NCBI GenBank assembly: GCA_013152275.1
Contig: JAADGS010000090.1
Span: 62,001 to 108,827, forward strand
DNA: 46,827 nt
Direction of reading: 5' to 3'
DNA from: Actinomycetota bacterium
GTDB taxonomy: Bacteria > Actinomycetota > Acidimicrobiia > Spongiisociales > UBA4744
This document shows, piece by piece, positions 19,279 to 28,449 of this stretch (its first letter is position 1; the number at the start of each line of letters is the position of its first letter). Both the position numbers and the translations under genes were made by a program. The notes beneath the pieces were generated by a model, which had not been told where the DNA came from, ran no database searches, and saw nothing but the letters and a program-made list of their open reading frames with translations.

Positions 19279-20527
19279 CGAGCGCTCCTTTCAGGTGTTC
19301 CTTCCCCGTCGAGGCTACCAACACGGGCGCCACGCCACCGACGAGGCTCGCAGCGCCTCGGAACGTCACTCGCGCATAGGTGTCGGTGTATCCACTCAAG
19401 CGGGCCTCCCCGGTCGTTGCCTCCGGCACGGCCTTCTCGACAAGCACGTGCACGGTCCGACCTTGGTGACGCGCGAGCCAACGCCGTCGGATGCCGGCGC
19501 CGAGTGCCCGTAGCGTGCGGGATCGTTCTCGCTTGACCGAAGCATCGACCTGCCGGGGGTCGTCCGCCGCAGGTGTCCCCTCTCTCGGCGAGAAACGGAA
19601 GACGTGCAGCTTCTCGAACCCTACGGCCTCGACGACCTGGAGAGTCCTGGAGAAAGCCGCATCATCTTCGCCCGGAAAGCCGACCATCACATCGGTGGTG
19701 ATCGCCACACCGTCGATTTGGGATCGTGCCGCTTCCACAACCTCCAGGAAGAGATCCAGCGTTCCTGGCCGTCGCATCGCCTGCCACAGGTCTGGATCCC
19801 CTGTCTGCAAGGGGATGTGAAGATGCCGGCAGAGTTTCGGCTCGGAAGCGATCATGTCGAGAAGGGAATCGTCCACCTGTGAGGCCTCGATGGAGGAGAG
19901 ACGGATCCGCTTCAGTCCCGTGAGCGCCGCGAGGTCGCCGAGGAGCGCACGCAGCGCGCCCCGCTTGCCGACGTCGTACCCGTACTTTCCCAGATGTACG
20001 CCCGTGAGAGTCAGTTCCCGAACTCCGAGGTTCACCAGCCTGCGGGCGCGTGACAACACCTCGTCACCGTCCGTGCTGTGCAACGTTCCCCTGGTCCGGG
20101 GAACGATGCAGAACGTGCAGTGCTCGTCGCATCCCGTTTGCACCTTGAGGTTCCTGCGCGGACTCGGAAAGAGGACCGGGACAGGCGCACCGGCACCGAT
20201 GTACTCGGCGACACGGCCGGCGAGGCCGTCTTTGACCGGCAGCACCGCATCAACGCCCTCCATGGCGGCAACATCTGCCGATCGGGCGACCGCATAGCAA
20301 CCGGTGACGACCACGGTGGCATCCGGGAACTCTCGTACGGACCGCCGGATCAGTTTGCGAGATGCGGACGATGCCTCCGAGGTGACGGTGCACGTGTTGA
20401 CCACGACGACGTCCGGTGTCGAGCCACCGGTGCCGATACCACGATCGGCGAGAGCGAGAAGGATCTGATCACTCTCGGCCTGGTTGAGCCGGCACCCGAG
20501 CGTTCTGAGCACTCCAGTTCGTCCCAT
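19247..20527 (-). CDS. mtaB: tRNA methylthiotransferase MtaB (radical SAM, MiaB/MtaB family)
   Basis: TLGCRLNQAES, NTCTVT, VTGCYA, KVQTGCDEHCTFCIVP..RG, HLHIPLQ, TTDVMVGFPGE and HVFRFSPREGTPA. Synteny rsmE-mtaB-HIT. Confidence 0.88.
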   Translation of the reverse strand: MGRTGVLRTLGCRLNQAESDQILLALADRGIGTGGSTPDVVVVNTCTVTSEASSASRKLIRRSVREFPDATVVVTGCYAVARSADVAAMEGVDAVLPVKDGLAGRVAEYIGAGAPVPVLFPSPRRNLKVQTGCDEHCTFCIVPRTRGTLHSTDGDEVLSRARRLVNLGVRELTLTGVHLGKYGYDVGKRGALRALLGDLAALTGLKRIRLSSIEASQVDDSLLDMIASEPKLCRHLHIPLQTGDPDLWQAMRRPGTLDLFLEVVEAARSQIDGVAITTDVMVGFPGEDDAAFSRTLQVVEAVGFEKLHVFRFSPREGTPAADDPRQVDASVKRERSRTLRALGAGIRRRWLARHQGRTVHVLVEKAVPEATTGEARLSGYTDTYARVTFRGAASLVGGVAPVLVASTGKEHLKGALVEGLPLLQDR

Positions 20528-20549
20528 GAGGTGGTGAGGGTACACGCGT

Positions 20550-20594
20550 GGCTCGCTTCGCGAGCCCGCCTGGCGTTGCGTATTTCGTAACGCG
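20550..20594. repeat. GGCTCGC-TTC-GCGAGCC hairpin plus a CGTATTTCGTAAC heptamer remnant (relative of the 2941-2995 and 27333-27378 elements)
   Basis: Perfect 7-bp stem at 20550-20566, then cgtatttcgtaacgcg at 20579-20594. Confidence 0.6.
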
Positions 20595-20683
20595 GCCCCT
20601 ATGTGGACCCGATGCCGAGGGGGCGAGCGTCACGGCTCTTGCCGGTCACTGATAGCTCGCAGTCGGAAACCGGCCGCTGGAAG

Positions 20684-21160
20684 CTAGGCCGAGTCTCCCA
20701 ATCCGAGCTCGCTGAGGACGCTCGTGATACCGTCTTCGGTGTTCTCGAGAAGCCCTCCGAGGATCTGAAGATCGCTGCGACGCAGGGTCAAGACGCGTCC
20801 ATTGAAGTCCTGGCGCATCAACTGAATGGCACGAAGAAAACGCTCGACGATGTCTCCGGTCTGCCCGTCCGAGTGCTCGACCTTCTCCAGGTCGATCGTG
20901 ACGCCCCCACTACTCCACGATGTCGCTCCGGTTCGCTCGGCCTCCGGCAGGAGTTGCTCGATCGGAACACCGTAGACGGCCGCGAGCCGGTGCATACGCG
21001 GAAGCGACAGGCTCCGCTCCCCGCGCTCGTAGGCGCCGAGAACAGATGCCTTGAACTCGAATGCAGACAGCTCTTCCACATCCTGTAGGGAAAGCCTCTT
21101 CTGGCGTCGAATCGCCCTCAGCCTTCGACCAACAGACTGGTTATATGTCGCCTCCGTCAT
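20684..21160 (-). CDS. bldD: BldD-like XRE transcriptional regulator with a C-terminal c-di-GMP-binding domain
   Basis: VGRRLRAIRRQKRLSLQDVEE...KASVLGAYERGER...YGVPIEQLLP parallels Streptomyces BldD (LGAKLRAIRTQQGLSLHGVEE...YERGDR...YGVPVQELLP, from memory). C-terminal RQDFNGRVLTLRRSD fits RxD-X8-RxxD. Start ATG 21160 with a GGAGGG RBS. Confidence 0.85.
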   Translation of the reverse strand: MTEATYNQSVGRRLRAIRRQKRLSLQDVEELSAFEFKASVLGAYERGERSLSLPRMHRLAAVYGVPIEQLLPEAERTGATSWSSGGVTIDLEKVEHSDGQTGDIVERFLRAIQLMRQDFNGRVLTLRRSDLQILGGLLENTEDGITSVLSELGLGDSA

Positions 21161-21191
21161 CAGCCAGACTCCCTCCGAACAACACCCCCGA

Positions 21192-21212
21192 AGTGTCACT
21201 CTCAGTGACACT
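21192..21212. promoter_or_regulatory. Perfect palindrome AGTGTCACT-CTC-AGTGACACT containing a BldD box (putative bldD autoregulatory operator)
   Basis: Core GTCACTCTCAGTGAC (21195-21209) differs at one position from the BldD consensus NTNACNCWGNGTNAN. It overlaps a TAGAGT -10-like hexamer (minus strand 21215-21210). Confidence 0.72.
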
Positions 21213-21893
21213 CTACCCGGTGGCGACCCTTTTGTCACCCCTCTGCGTGGTGTTTGTTCGGAGAAGTGCCGCACCGACGATTGCTGCCGTCTCGACTCTC
21301 AGAATCCGGCCACCCAGACTGACCGGCGAACCGGGGACCTCTCCGGCGACGAACCCTCCTTCGGGCCCGATCAACAGGGTCACATCGCCCTGAGCAGGCG
21401 AAATCGGTTCACCGCCGGGATCTGCCACAAGGAGTCTGCCCTCCAGGTCTTCAACGTCGACGAGACCGTCCTGGATCTCCATCAACCATGCTCCTCTGCT
21501 CTGTTCGAGAGCGGACCGGGCCCACGAACGTACCTTGTCCACTTTGGGCGCTCGTGTATTGCCGTGCACGGTGCGAAGCCAGACCAGCCGTCCGATGCCC
21601 AGCTCACCGAGCTTCTCGACAAGGAATCTCGTCCGTTCGCTCGAACGCGGTGGTGCAACGGCAATGGTGATGGCGGCAGCCGGAGAGCCGACGCCGACTT
21701 CTTCACCTCGCAGTACCGCTCCGCTCGAGAGCGTCCCTTCACCGGTTCTTCCCCTGCCATCGGTGTAGGAGACCGTTGCCCCATCGCCAAGGCGCACGAC
21801 GTCGTACAAATGGTGCCTGGCCGCTTCGGACATCGGAATCGTCGAGCCGCTCCACGGCGGTTCCAGCAACAGGTGCGGCACGTGTCGCATCAC
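21213..21893 (-). CDS. rsmE: 16S rRNA m3U1498 methyltransferase RsmE
   Basis: HHLYDVVRL, VEKLGELGI, ALEQS and LLIGPEGGF...SLGGRILRVETAAI. Follows dnaJ. Confidence 0.93.
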   Translation of the reverse strand: MMRHVPHLLLEPPWSGSTIPMSEAARHHLYDVVRLGDGATVSYTDGRGRTGEGTLSSGAVLRGEEVGVGSPAAAITIAVAPPRSSERTRFLVEKLGELGIGRLVWLRTVHGNTRAPKVDKVRSWARSALEQSRGAWLMEIQDGLVDVEDLEGRLLVADPGGEPISPAQGDVTLLIGPEGGFVAGEVPGSPVSLGGRILRVETAAIVGAALLRTNTTQRGDKRVATG

Positions 21894-22960
21894 CGAAAGC
21901 GCCGTCTGGAGCGGACCGCATCCCCGCGAAGCTCGGCGAATTCGCGGAGCACCCGCTCTTCCTCTTTGGAAAGGCGCTCCGGAACGACGACCTCGACGAC
22001 AACGTTGAGGTTGCCTCGTCCCCGTCTTCCCAGCCGCCCCATCCCCTCGCCGGAAATCGTGATCGTCTGCCCTGGTTGCGTTCCTGGTGGAATCGTCACG
22101 TTCATCGATTCGCCTTCGATCAGCGGAACCGAGACCTCGGTACCGAGTGCAGCTTGTGCGATGTCGATGGGAACGACGCAGGTGAGATCGTCACCATCCC
22201 TGACGAATCTCGGGTCGGCCTGGACCCGGATCTCTACGTAGAGGTCACCTGCCTGGGCGCCATGAGGAGCAGCTTCCCCGCGTCCCGCCAGCCTCAACCG
22301 AGTTCCGGTCGACACCCCCTGGGGAATCTCGACACTCACGGTGTGTTCCTCCCGGACGACTCCTCGACCGCCACACACACGACACGGCTCTGCCACGAGA
22401 CGACCGCTGCCATGGCACAGGTCGCAGGTCGTCAGTGTCATCATCTGACCGAAGATGGAACGTCGTGCGACCTGCATCGAGCCCGTGCCGTGGCATTGGC
22501 GGCACGTCTCTACCGACGTTCCGGGAGCGGCGCCGACCCCGGCGCATTCCCTACACGTCGACAGCGCCCGGAACTTCAGCTCCGACGTCGTCCCAAAGGC
22601 GGCATCGGCCAGGCTGATGCGTGCCTCGACGGCAACGTCTCTGCCTCTGGCCGGCCTTCGCTGTCCTCCAAAACCGAAGGCGCCACCGTTTCCGAACACC
22701 GATCGAAGCAGATCGTCGAATCCGCCCATCAGCAAGTCGCCGAGGTCGATCGTTTCTCCGTGGTCGAACGCCCGACGTCGATCAGGATTGGAGAGCACCT
22801 CGTACGCCTCGGCCACCTCTCGGAAACGGGCGTCGGCGCCCGGATCGTCCGGGTTGGCATCGGGATGGGTCTCTCGAGCCAGCCGGCGGAACGCCCTCTT
22901 GATCTCGTCCTGGTCGGCGTCCTGAGAGACACCCAGGATGGAGTAGTAGTCCTTACGCAT
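21890..22960 (-). CDS. dnaJ: Chaperone DnaJ
   Basis: J-domain with HPD, four CxxCxGxG repeats, and GDLYVEI and GTQPG in the C-terminal domain. Confidence 0.96.
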   Translation of the reverse strand: MRKDYYSILGVSQDADQDEIKRAFRRLARETHPDANPDDPGADARFREVAEAYEVLSNPDRRRAFDHGETIDLGDLLMGGFDDLLRSVFGNGGAFGFGGQRRPARGRDVAVEARISLADAAFGTTSELKFRALSTCRECAGVGAAPGTSVETCRQCHGTGSMQVARRSIFGQMMTLTTCDLCHGSGRLVAEPCRVCGGRGVVREEHTVSVEIPQGVSTGTRLRLAGRGEAAPHGAQAGDLYVEIRVQADPRFVRDGDDLTCVVPIDIAQAALGTEVSVPLIEGESMNVTIPPGTQPGQTITISGEGMGRLGRRGRGNLNVVVEVVVPERLSKEEERVLREFAELRGDAVRSRRRFR

Positions 22961-22989
22961 GGAATCTCAGTGCGGTGATTTGATGTTGT

Positions 22990-23988
22990 TCACGAGGAGC
23001 CCAAACTCTCCTCGAGTGTCTCGCCGACTTCTTCCACGGCGCAGATTGCCCGACGGTAGTCCATACGCATCGGTCCGAGAACTCCGACACTGCCCACACC
23101 GGATTCACCGAGCTTGAACGTTGTCGAGACGACGGCGAGGTTCAGGTCATCACCGATGTCGAGTTCATCGCCGATCTGGATGCCGGTGCCTCCCTTCGAC
23201 AAGATCGAGAGCACCATCGCTTCACGCTCGAGCAACTCGAGGATACTGCGAACCGCCACCAGATCCTCCCAAACGTTCGTCATCTGCGCGGTTCCGGAGA
23301 CGTACACCTCTCTCGATCCGCGTTCGATCCTTCCGACGGCACTCATCACCTCGCGGACCAATCCGGCGACGGGCTCTCGCAAGTGCAACGACTCCTCGAC
23401 ACCCTCGGCGAGTGCTTCATCGACAGATTCGTGCTCGAACAGGTCGCCAAGCACACGCTCGGCTGCAATCACCTCACGCGGATCGACGGGCTTCTCGAGC
23501 CTGATCAATTCCTGAGTCACACGACCCCGGTTGGAAACGAGCACGAGCAGCAGCACCTGAGGAGCGAGCGGCACGACGTGAACGCCGCGAACGCGCTCCA
23601 TGGCGACACCGGGACCGGCCACGATCGCCGGGTAGTGGGTGATATCGCTCAGAAGTTCCGTAGTGGACTTGAGCAGCTCCGAGAGACCCTGATGAAACGA
23701 TGAGAAGAACGACTGAATCCTGAGCCGAGTCTGTGAATGAAGGCGCGCAGGCGAACAGTGGTCTACGTAGTACCGGTACCCCTTGCCGGTCGGGGCACGT
23801 CCAGCAGAAGTGTGCGGCTGAACGACAAAGCCATCGGATTCGAGCGCGGACAGATCATTGCGAATCGTCGCCGAAGAGACATTCAATCCCGACAGGTCGA
23901 GCACGGTTTTCGATGACACCGGTTCTCCGGTGCGAATGTACTCCTCGACGAGCGCTCGCAAGACCTCGGACTTCCGCTCGCTGAGCAT
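22990..23988 (-). CDS. hrcA: Heat-inducible transcription repressor HrcA
   Basis: YIRTGEPVSS, VSSATIRNDL..LE..G...QPHTSAGR.PT.KGYRYYVD and GVLGPMRMDY. Confidence 0.96.
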   Translation of the reverse strand: MLSERKSEVLRALVEEYIRTGEPVSSKTVLDLSGLNVSSATIRNDLSALESDGFVVQPHTSAGRAPTGKGYRYYVDHCSPARLHSQTRLRIQSFFSSFHQGLSELLKSTTELLSDITHYPAIVAGPGVAMERVRGVHVVPLAPQVLLLVLVSNRGRVTQELIRLEKPVDPREVIAAERVLGDLFEHESVDEALAEGVEESLHLREPVAGLVREVMSAVGRIERGSREVYVSGTAQMTNVWEDLVAVRSILELLEREAMVLSILSKGGTGIQIGDELDIGDDLNLAVVSTTFKLGESGVGSVGVLGPMRMDYRRAICAVEEVGETLEESLGSS

Positions 23989-23997
23989 CCCCTCAGG

Positions 23998-24024
23998 TTA
24001 GCAGTCGCACCCGGAGAGTGCTAA
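23998..24024. promoter_or_regulatory. CIRCE element (HrcA operator) upstream of hrcA, inside the last codons of hemW
   Basis: TTAGCAGTC-GCACCCGGA-GAGTGCTAA against consensus TTAGCACTC-N9-GAGTGCTAA (1 mismatch). It overlaps the TAACCT -10 located 6 nt before the hrcA ATG. Confidence 0.93.
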
Positions 24025-25167
24025 AACCGCTCGACTCACCTCATCGGTCAGCAGGGGGCGACGGACACGTAGCCGGCTCCCCTCCAGGTCGATCACACCG
24101 GCGTGTTCCAGGCGGGTCCCCCATGCGGATTCGAGGAGGTGGATGCCACCGTCACCCGCCTCGACCCCGGCGGTCCTCCGAAGCCCGAGCAGGAGGCGTT
24201 CCTGTTCGCGTCCCCACGGATCGAGCCGTTCGGTACCTTGCACGGGCCGGATCCCCGCTTCGACCCGGTCCAGATAGGCGTCGATCCGACGAACGTTGCG
24301 GAAACGCTCACCGTTGCGATGACCATGGGCGCCGGCCCCGAAAGCCAGGTAGTCACCTTGTGCCCAGGTGACGAGGTTGTAGACACAGGTGTGCCCCGGT
24401 CTGGCATAGTTGGAGACCTCGTAGCGCACCAACCCGGCCGCCCTGGCCGCCTTCTCGAGCGCTTCGTAGTCGTCGGCTTGCAGGTCTTCGTCGGGGGCCG
24501 GCGCTCCGGCTGCGACCGCCCGACCGAGGGCGGTCCCCCGCTCGATCGTCAGCGCGTACGCCGACACGTGGTCAGGCGCCAGTGAGAACGTCCGAGCAAC
24601 TCCGGCGATCCAGTCTGTCTTACGCTCGCCGGGTGTCCCAAAAATGAGGTCGACATTGACCGAAAAGCCCGTCAGCCGGGCAGCGCCCACCGCCGTCTCC
24701 GCCCGTTCGGGACTGTGCATCCGTCCCAGGGCGTTCAACACTTCGTGGTCAAAGCTCTGAACACCGAAGGAGACGCGTGTGAACCCCGCTTCGCGAAGCC
24801 CATCCCCCACCGCAAGGGTCCAGTCTTCGGGATTCGCCTCGAGGCTGATCTCGACGCCGGGAACGAACCCGAACCGCCGCTCCAGAGCATCGACGATGCT
24901 CGCGAGCAGCACGGGCGGTACGCGAGACGGGGTCCCACCACCGACATACACCGCATCGAGTTGCCTCCACACCGGTTCCCTCTCGATCTCGGCGACGACG
25001 GCCGAGACGTAACGCTCGATCAGATCGTCTCTGCCGACAACGACGTTGAAATCGCAGTAGGGGCAGAGACGGGCACAGAACGGGACATGCACATACGCTG
25101 CCGCCAACGAGGATGCTGCATCGGCGAGCACGGGGGAATCCGGACGCAGCGGCTCGTCAGTCGTCAT
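23998..25167 (-). CDS. hemW: Radical SAM heme chaperone HemW (HemN-like)
   Basis: [47 protein letters not shown] and YEVSNYA. Synteny lepA-hemW-hrcA. Confidence 0.92.
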   Translation of the reverse strand: MTTDEPLRPDSPVLADAASSLAAAYVHVPFCARLCPYCDFNVVVGRDDLIERYVSAVVAEIEREPVWRQLDAVYVGGGTPSRVPPVLLASIVDALERRFGFVPGVEISLEANPEDWTLAVGDGLREAGFTRVSFGVQSFDHEVLNALGRMHSPERAETAVGAARLTGFSVNVDLIFGTPGERKTDWIAGVARTFSLAPDHVSAYALTIERGTALGRAVAAGAPAPDEDLQADDYEALEKAARAAGLVRYEVSNYARPGHTCVYNLVTWAQGDYLAFGAGAHGHRNGERFRNVRRIDAYLDRVEAGIRPVQGTERLDPWGREQERLLLGLRRTAGVEAGDGGIHLLESAWGTRLEHAGVIDLEGSRLRVRRPLLTDEVSRAVLALSGCDC

Positions 25168-26944
25168 CGTCGAGCCGCAGGGCCGAGATGAACGCCTCCG
25201 GGGGAACTTCGACGCTACCGACCATCTTCAGTCGCTTCTTGCCTTCCTTTTGGCGTTCGAGGAGTTTTCGCTTGCGGCTGACGTCGCCGCCGTAGCACTT
25301 GGCGATCACGTCCTTACGCTTCGCCTTCACGGTTTCACGAGCGATGATCCTGCTTCCGATGGCGGCCTGGATGGGAACGTCGAAGAGCTGGCGGGGAATG
25401 AGCGTGCGAAGCCGGGCCACCATCCGGCGTCCGTAGCGGTACCCCTCGTCCTTGTGGACGATGGCCGAGAACGCGTCCACCTTCTGGCCGTTGAGGAGGA
25501 TATCGACCTTGACGAGCGCGGCGGTGCAGTATCCGGCCGGTTCATAATCGAGGGATGCATACCCTCGAGTGCGCGACTTGAGCGCATCGAAGAAATCGAA
25601 TACGACCTCCGCAAGCGGGATCTCATAGGTGATCTCGACTCGCTCCGGTGTCAGATAGTGCATGTGCTGCATGGTTCCCCTGCGACTCTGCGCGAGGTCC
25701 ATGACCGTGCCGACATACTCGACGGGAACCACGATCAGGGCCTTCATCAGCGGCTCGTCGAGATGGTCGATGAGTCCTGGATCGGGTAGGTCGGCCGGAG
25801 ATCGGATCTCGACTGCGGAGCCGTCGGTGAGGTGAACCCGATAGGCGACCGATGGAGACGTTGCCACCAGATCGAGCCCGTATTCACGCTCGAGGCGCTC
25901 ACGCACGATTTCCATGTGGAGCAATCCGAGAAACCCGCAGCGGAAACCAAAACCCAGCGCCCTCGAAGTCTCGGGTTCGAACACCAACGCGGCGTCATTC
26001 AGGCGCAGCTTGTCGAGGGCCTCGCGGAGCCGTTCGAAGTCTTCCCCGTCGGACGGGAACAAGCCGGAGAACACCATCGGTTTGGGCTCCGCATAGCCGG
26101 GAAGCGGCTCGGTCTTCTCATCGAGCGTCACCGTGTCACCGACACGAATGCGACCGATGTCCTTGACGCCGGTGATCAGGTACCCCACCTCCCCGGCGTG
26201 CAGTTCGGACACCGGTTCGGCGTGCGGCGTAAGGACACCGACTTCCGCTACCGCGTGGCGTTCGTGGGTCGCGGTGAACACGACACTCTCACCTTCGCTC
26301 AACTCCCCGTCGACGACGCGGATATAGCACACGACTCCTCGGTACGCGTCGTAGTAGGAATCGAATACCAGTGCCCGCAGCGAGGCGTTCACGTCGCCCG
26401 CCGGCGGCGGTATCTCCTCCACGATCCTTTCCAGAAGCTCATCGATGCCCTCACCGGTCTTGGAGGAGACCCGCAAGATGCGAGCAGGATCGACTCCCAA
26501 CAGCGAAACGATCTCTCCCGTCACCCGATCCGGATCTGCGGCAGGCAGATCGATCTTGTTGATCACAGGGATGATTTCGATGCCTGCGTCGATGGCCAGG
26601 TAGGCGTTGGCGAGCGTTTGTGCCTGCACACCTTGGGCGGCGTCGACAAGGAGGACGGCTCCCTCACATGCCGCCAACGAACGGGAGACTTCGTAGCTGA
26701 AATCGACGTGACCCGGAGTATCGATCAGATTCAGCGTATAGGTCTGACCGTTTGGGTGCTCGTATCGAAGCCGGACCGCCTGTGCCTTGATCGTGATCCC
26801 GCGTTCTCGCTCCAAGTCCATCGAATCGAGTACCTGCTCCCGCATGTCACGCGCGCTCAACGCCCCCGTCCGTTCGAGAAAACGGTCGGCGAGCGTCGAC
26901 TTGCCATGGTCGATGTGCGCGATGATGCTGAAGTTGCGAATCAC
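25157..26944 (-). CDS. lepA: Translation elongation factor 4 (LepA)
   Basis: [44 protein letters not shown] and KCYGGD..RKRKLLE.QKEGKKR. Start placed at GTG 26944. Confidence 0.97.
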   Translation of the reverse strand: MIRNFSIIAHIDHGKSTLADRFLERTGALSARDMREQVLDSMDLERERGITIKAQAVRLRYEHPNGQTYTLNLIDTPGHVDFSYEVSRSLAACEGAVLLVDAAQGVQAQTLANAYLAIDAGIEIIPVINKIDLPAADPDRVTGEIVSLLGVDPARILRVSSKTGEGIDELLERIVEEIPPPAGDVNASLRALVFDSYYDAYRGVVCYIRVVDGELSEGESVVFTATHERHAVAEVGVLTPHAEPVSELHAGEVGYLITGVKDIGRIRVGDTVTLDEKTEPLPGYAEPKPMVFSGLFPSDGEDFERLREALDKLRLNDAALVFEPETSRALGFGFRCGFLGLLHMEIVRERLEREYGLDLVATSPSVAYRVHLTDGSAVEIRSPADLPDPGLIDHLDEPLMKALIVVPVEYVGTVMDLAQSRRGTMQHMHYLTPERVEITYEIPLAEVVFDFFDALKSRTRGYASLDYEPAGYCTAALVKVDILLNGQKVDAFSAIVHKDEGYRYGRRMVARLRTLIPRQLFDVPIQAAIGSRIIARETVKAKRKDVIAKCYGGDVSRKRKLLERQKEGKKRLKMVGSVEVPPEAFISALRLDDDD

Positions 26945-27042
26945 GAGAACGCCGCATTGTACCGGTGCACCTACGCTGCTAGGCTCCCCACGCTCGACGG
27001 AGCAGCTCTGCCCGTCATTGTCCTCAACACGAAGATTCACGC

Positions 27043-27312
27043 ATGGCCAACATCAAGTCACAGATAAAACGAAACCGTCAGAACGAGAAGCGTCGCATCG
27101 CCAACAAGGCGATGCGTTCCGAACTCAAGACTCGTGTGAAGCTGGCGGAATCCGCAGCCGACACCGGCGACGCGGCGGCGGCGGAAGAGGCGCTCATCGA
27201 CGCCCAGAGACGTATCGACATGGCTGCGGCAAAAGGCCTGATCCACAAGAACACGGCCGCCCGCAGGAAGTCACGACTCGTCAAGCAGGTCAGACGCCGC
27301 TTGGAAGGCTGA
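27043..27312 (+). CDS. rpsT: 30S ribosomal protein S20
   Basis: [18 protein letters not shown]...[22 protein letters not shown]. Confidence 0.98.
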   Translation: MANIKSQIKRNRQNEKRRIANKAMRSELKTRVKLAESAADTGDAAAAEEALIDAQRRIDMAAAKGLIHKNTAARRKSRLVKQVRRRLEG

Positions 27313-27332
27313 GCCGGGCTCACCAGCTCACA

Positions 27333-27378
27333 GGCTCGCTTCGCTCGCTGTACCGAGTACTTCGTACCGCGACGCTAC
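27333..27378 (+). repeat. Dispersed repeat GGCTCGCTTCGCTCGC...GTACTTCGTACYGYGACGCKAC downstream of rpsT
   Basis: The 16-bp motif is identical to the reverse complement of 2978-2993. The 22-bp block is 19/22 identical to the reverse complement of 2941-2962. Confidence 0.75.
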
Positions 27379-27453
27379 ATCGATGCAAGACCGCGGGGCG
27401 GGTGTGACGGCCCAGGGAAACAGGGCACAGTCGCGCATCGTGCGAGTTCTCGG

Positions 27454-28449
27454 TCAAGCCCTTCGCGGTCCTCCGTACCAACGACAGAGCGCAACGGTCA
27501 ACCGTTCCAACGTGAGTTCGTGTGTCTCCGCCGGCCTCGTTTTCAGGATCCTGTCTGCCCGTGCAAGCGCACCGAGAGCTCGTTGCAGAGCCGAATCGGA
27601 GCTCTTCGAACGACCCTGCCAGGCTTTTCTGACCGGAAACGAGGACGACGGCTGGCCGAGCCACTCCGCGAGCGTCTCGAGGTTCGGCGCGGACGCAGCC
27701 ATTGCACGACGACGGAGATCATTCTCGAGGAAACCGAGGAGCTGGAGCGGATGCCCGTGCACGAGGAAGTCGGATAGTCGGCGTAATGCCTGACCCACGT
27801 CTCCCGCGGAGACGGCATCGGCGTAGTGCCAGATCGGCTCGTCTGGACGATTGGCGAACCTGACGTTCACCTCGTCGATGGTGACTTCATCCAGGCCGGT
27901 GAGCTGATCGAGTGCCTGAGCCATGGCGGCCACATTGGAACCGAATTTCCTGAGCAGCGCGGCCACTGCATCGGGACGGACCCGCAGGCTTCGATTCTTG
28001 ATCTCGGCGAAGAGCCAATCGTTCGCATCCTGTTCTCGAATCTTCTTGACGGTGATGACCTCACCGATGGCCTTCACCTTCTTGGCCAGCAAACTGGGCA
28101 GGCTTCCTGCCGCCACAAAGACGACCGTCACTGCCTCCGGATCCATCCGGTCCAGCAACTCGACGACAACTTCTGCCTCCGACTTCTGCAAAGACTGCGC
28201 GTCGACGACTTCAACTCCGAGCCGGTCGCCGAACAACGATCCGGACTGCAGCGCCGGGACGAGCGGCTCGACTCCAGCCCGGAGCATTCCCCCCTCACCG
28301 ACTTCTTCGGCGCCTCGCGCCGGGACATCGATGCGAACGGTATCCGAGACACCGGCCTGCTCGAGGAGGCGATGGGAGCGTTCGAGCATTTGCTGGCGCT
28401 CACCGGGTCCCGCGCCGGACGGACCTTGTACGGCGATGATCGCCTTCAC
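27454..28449 (-). CDS. holA: DNA polymerase III delta subunit
   Basis: SGSLFGDR, about 330 aa, and C-terminal LARADRILKT...LERL. Position between the comEC region and rpsT. Confidence 0.82.
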   Translation of the reverse strand: MKAIIAVQGPSGAGPGERQQMLERSHRLLEQAGVSDTVRIDVPARGAEEVGEGGMLRAGVEPLVPALQSGSLFGDRLGVEVVDAQSLQKSEAEVVVELLDRMDPEAVTVVFVAAGSLPSLLAKKVKAIGEVITVKKIREQDANDWLFAEIKNRSLRVRPDAVAALLRKFGSNVAAMAQALDQLTGLDEVTIDEVNVRFANRPDEPIWHYADAVSAGDVGQALRRLSDFLVHGHPLQLLGFLENDLRRRAMAASAPNLETLAEWLGQPSSSFPVRKAWQGRSKSSDSALQRALGALARADRILKTRPAETHELTLERLTVALCRWYGGPRRA

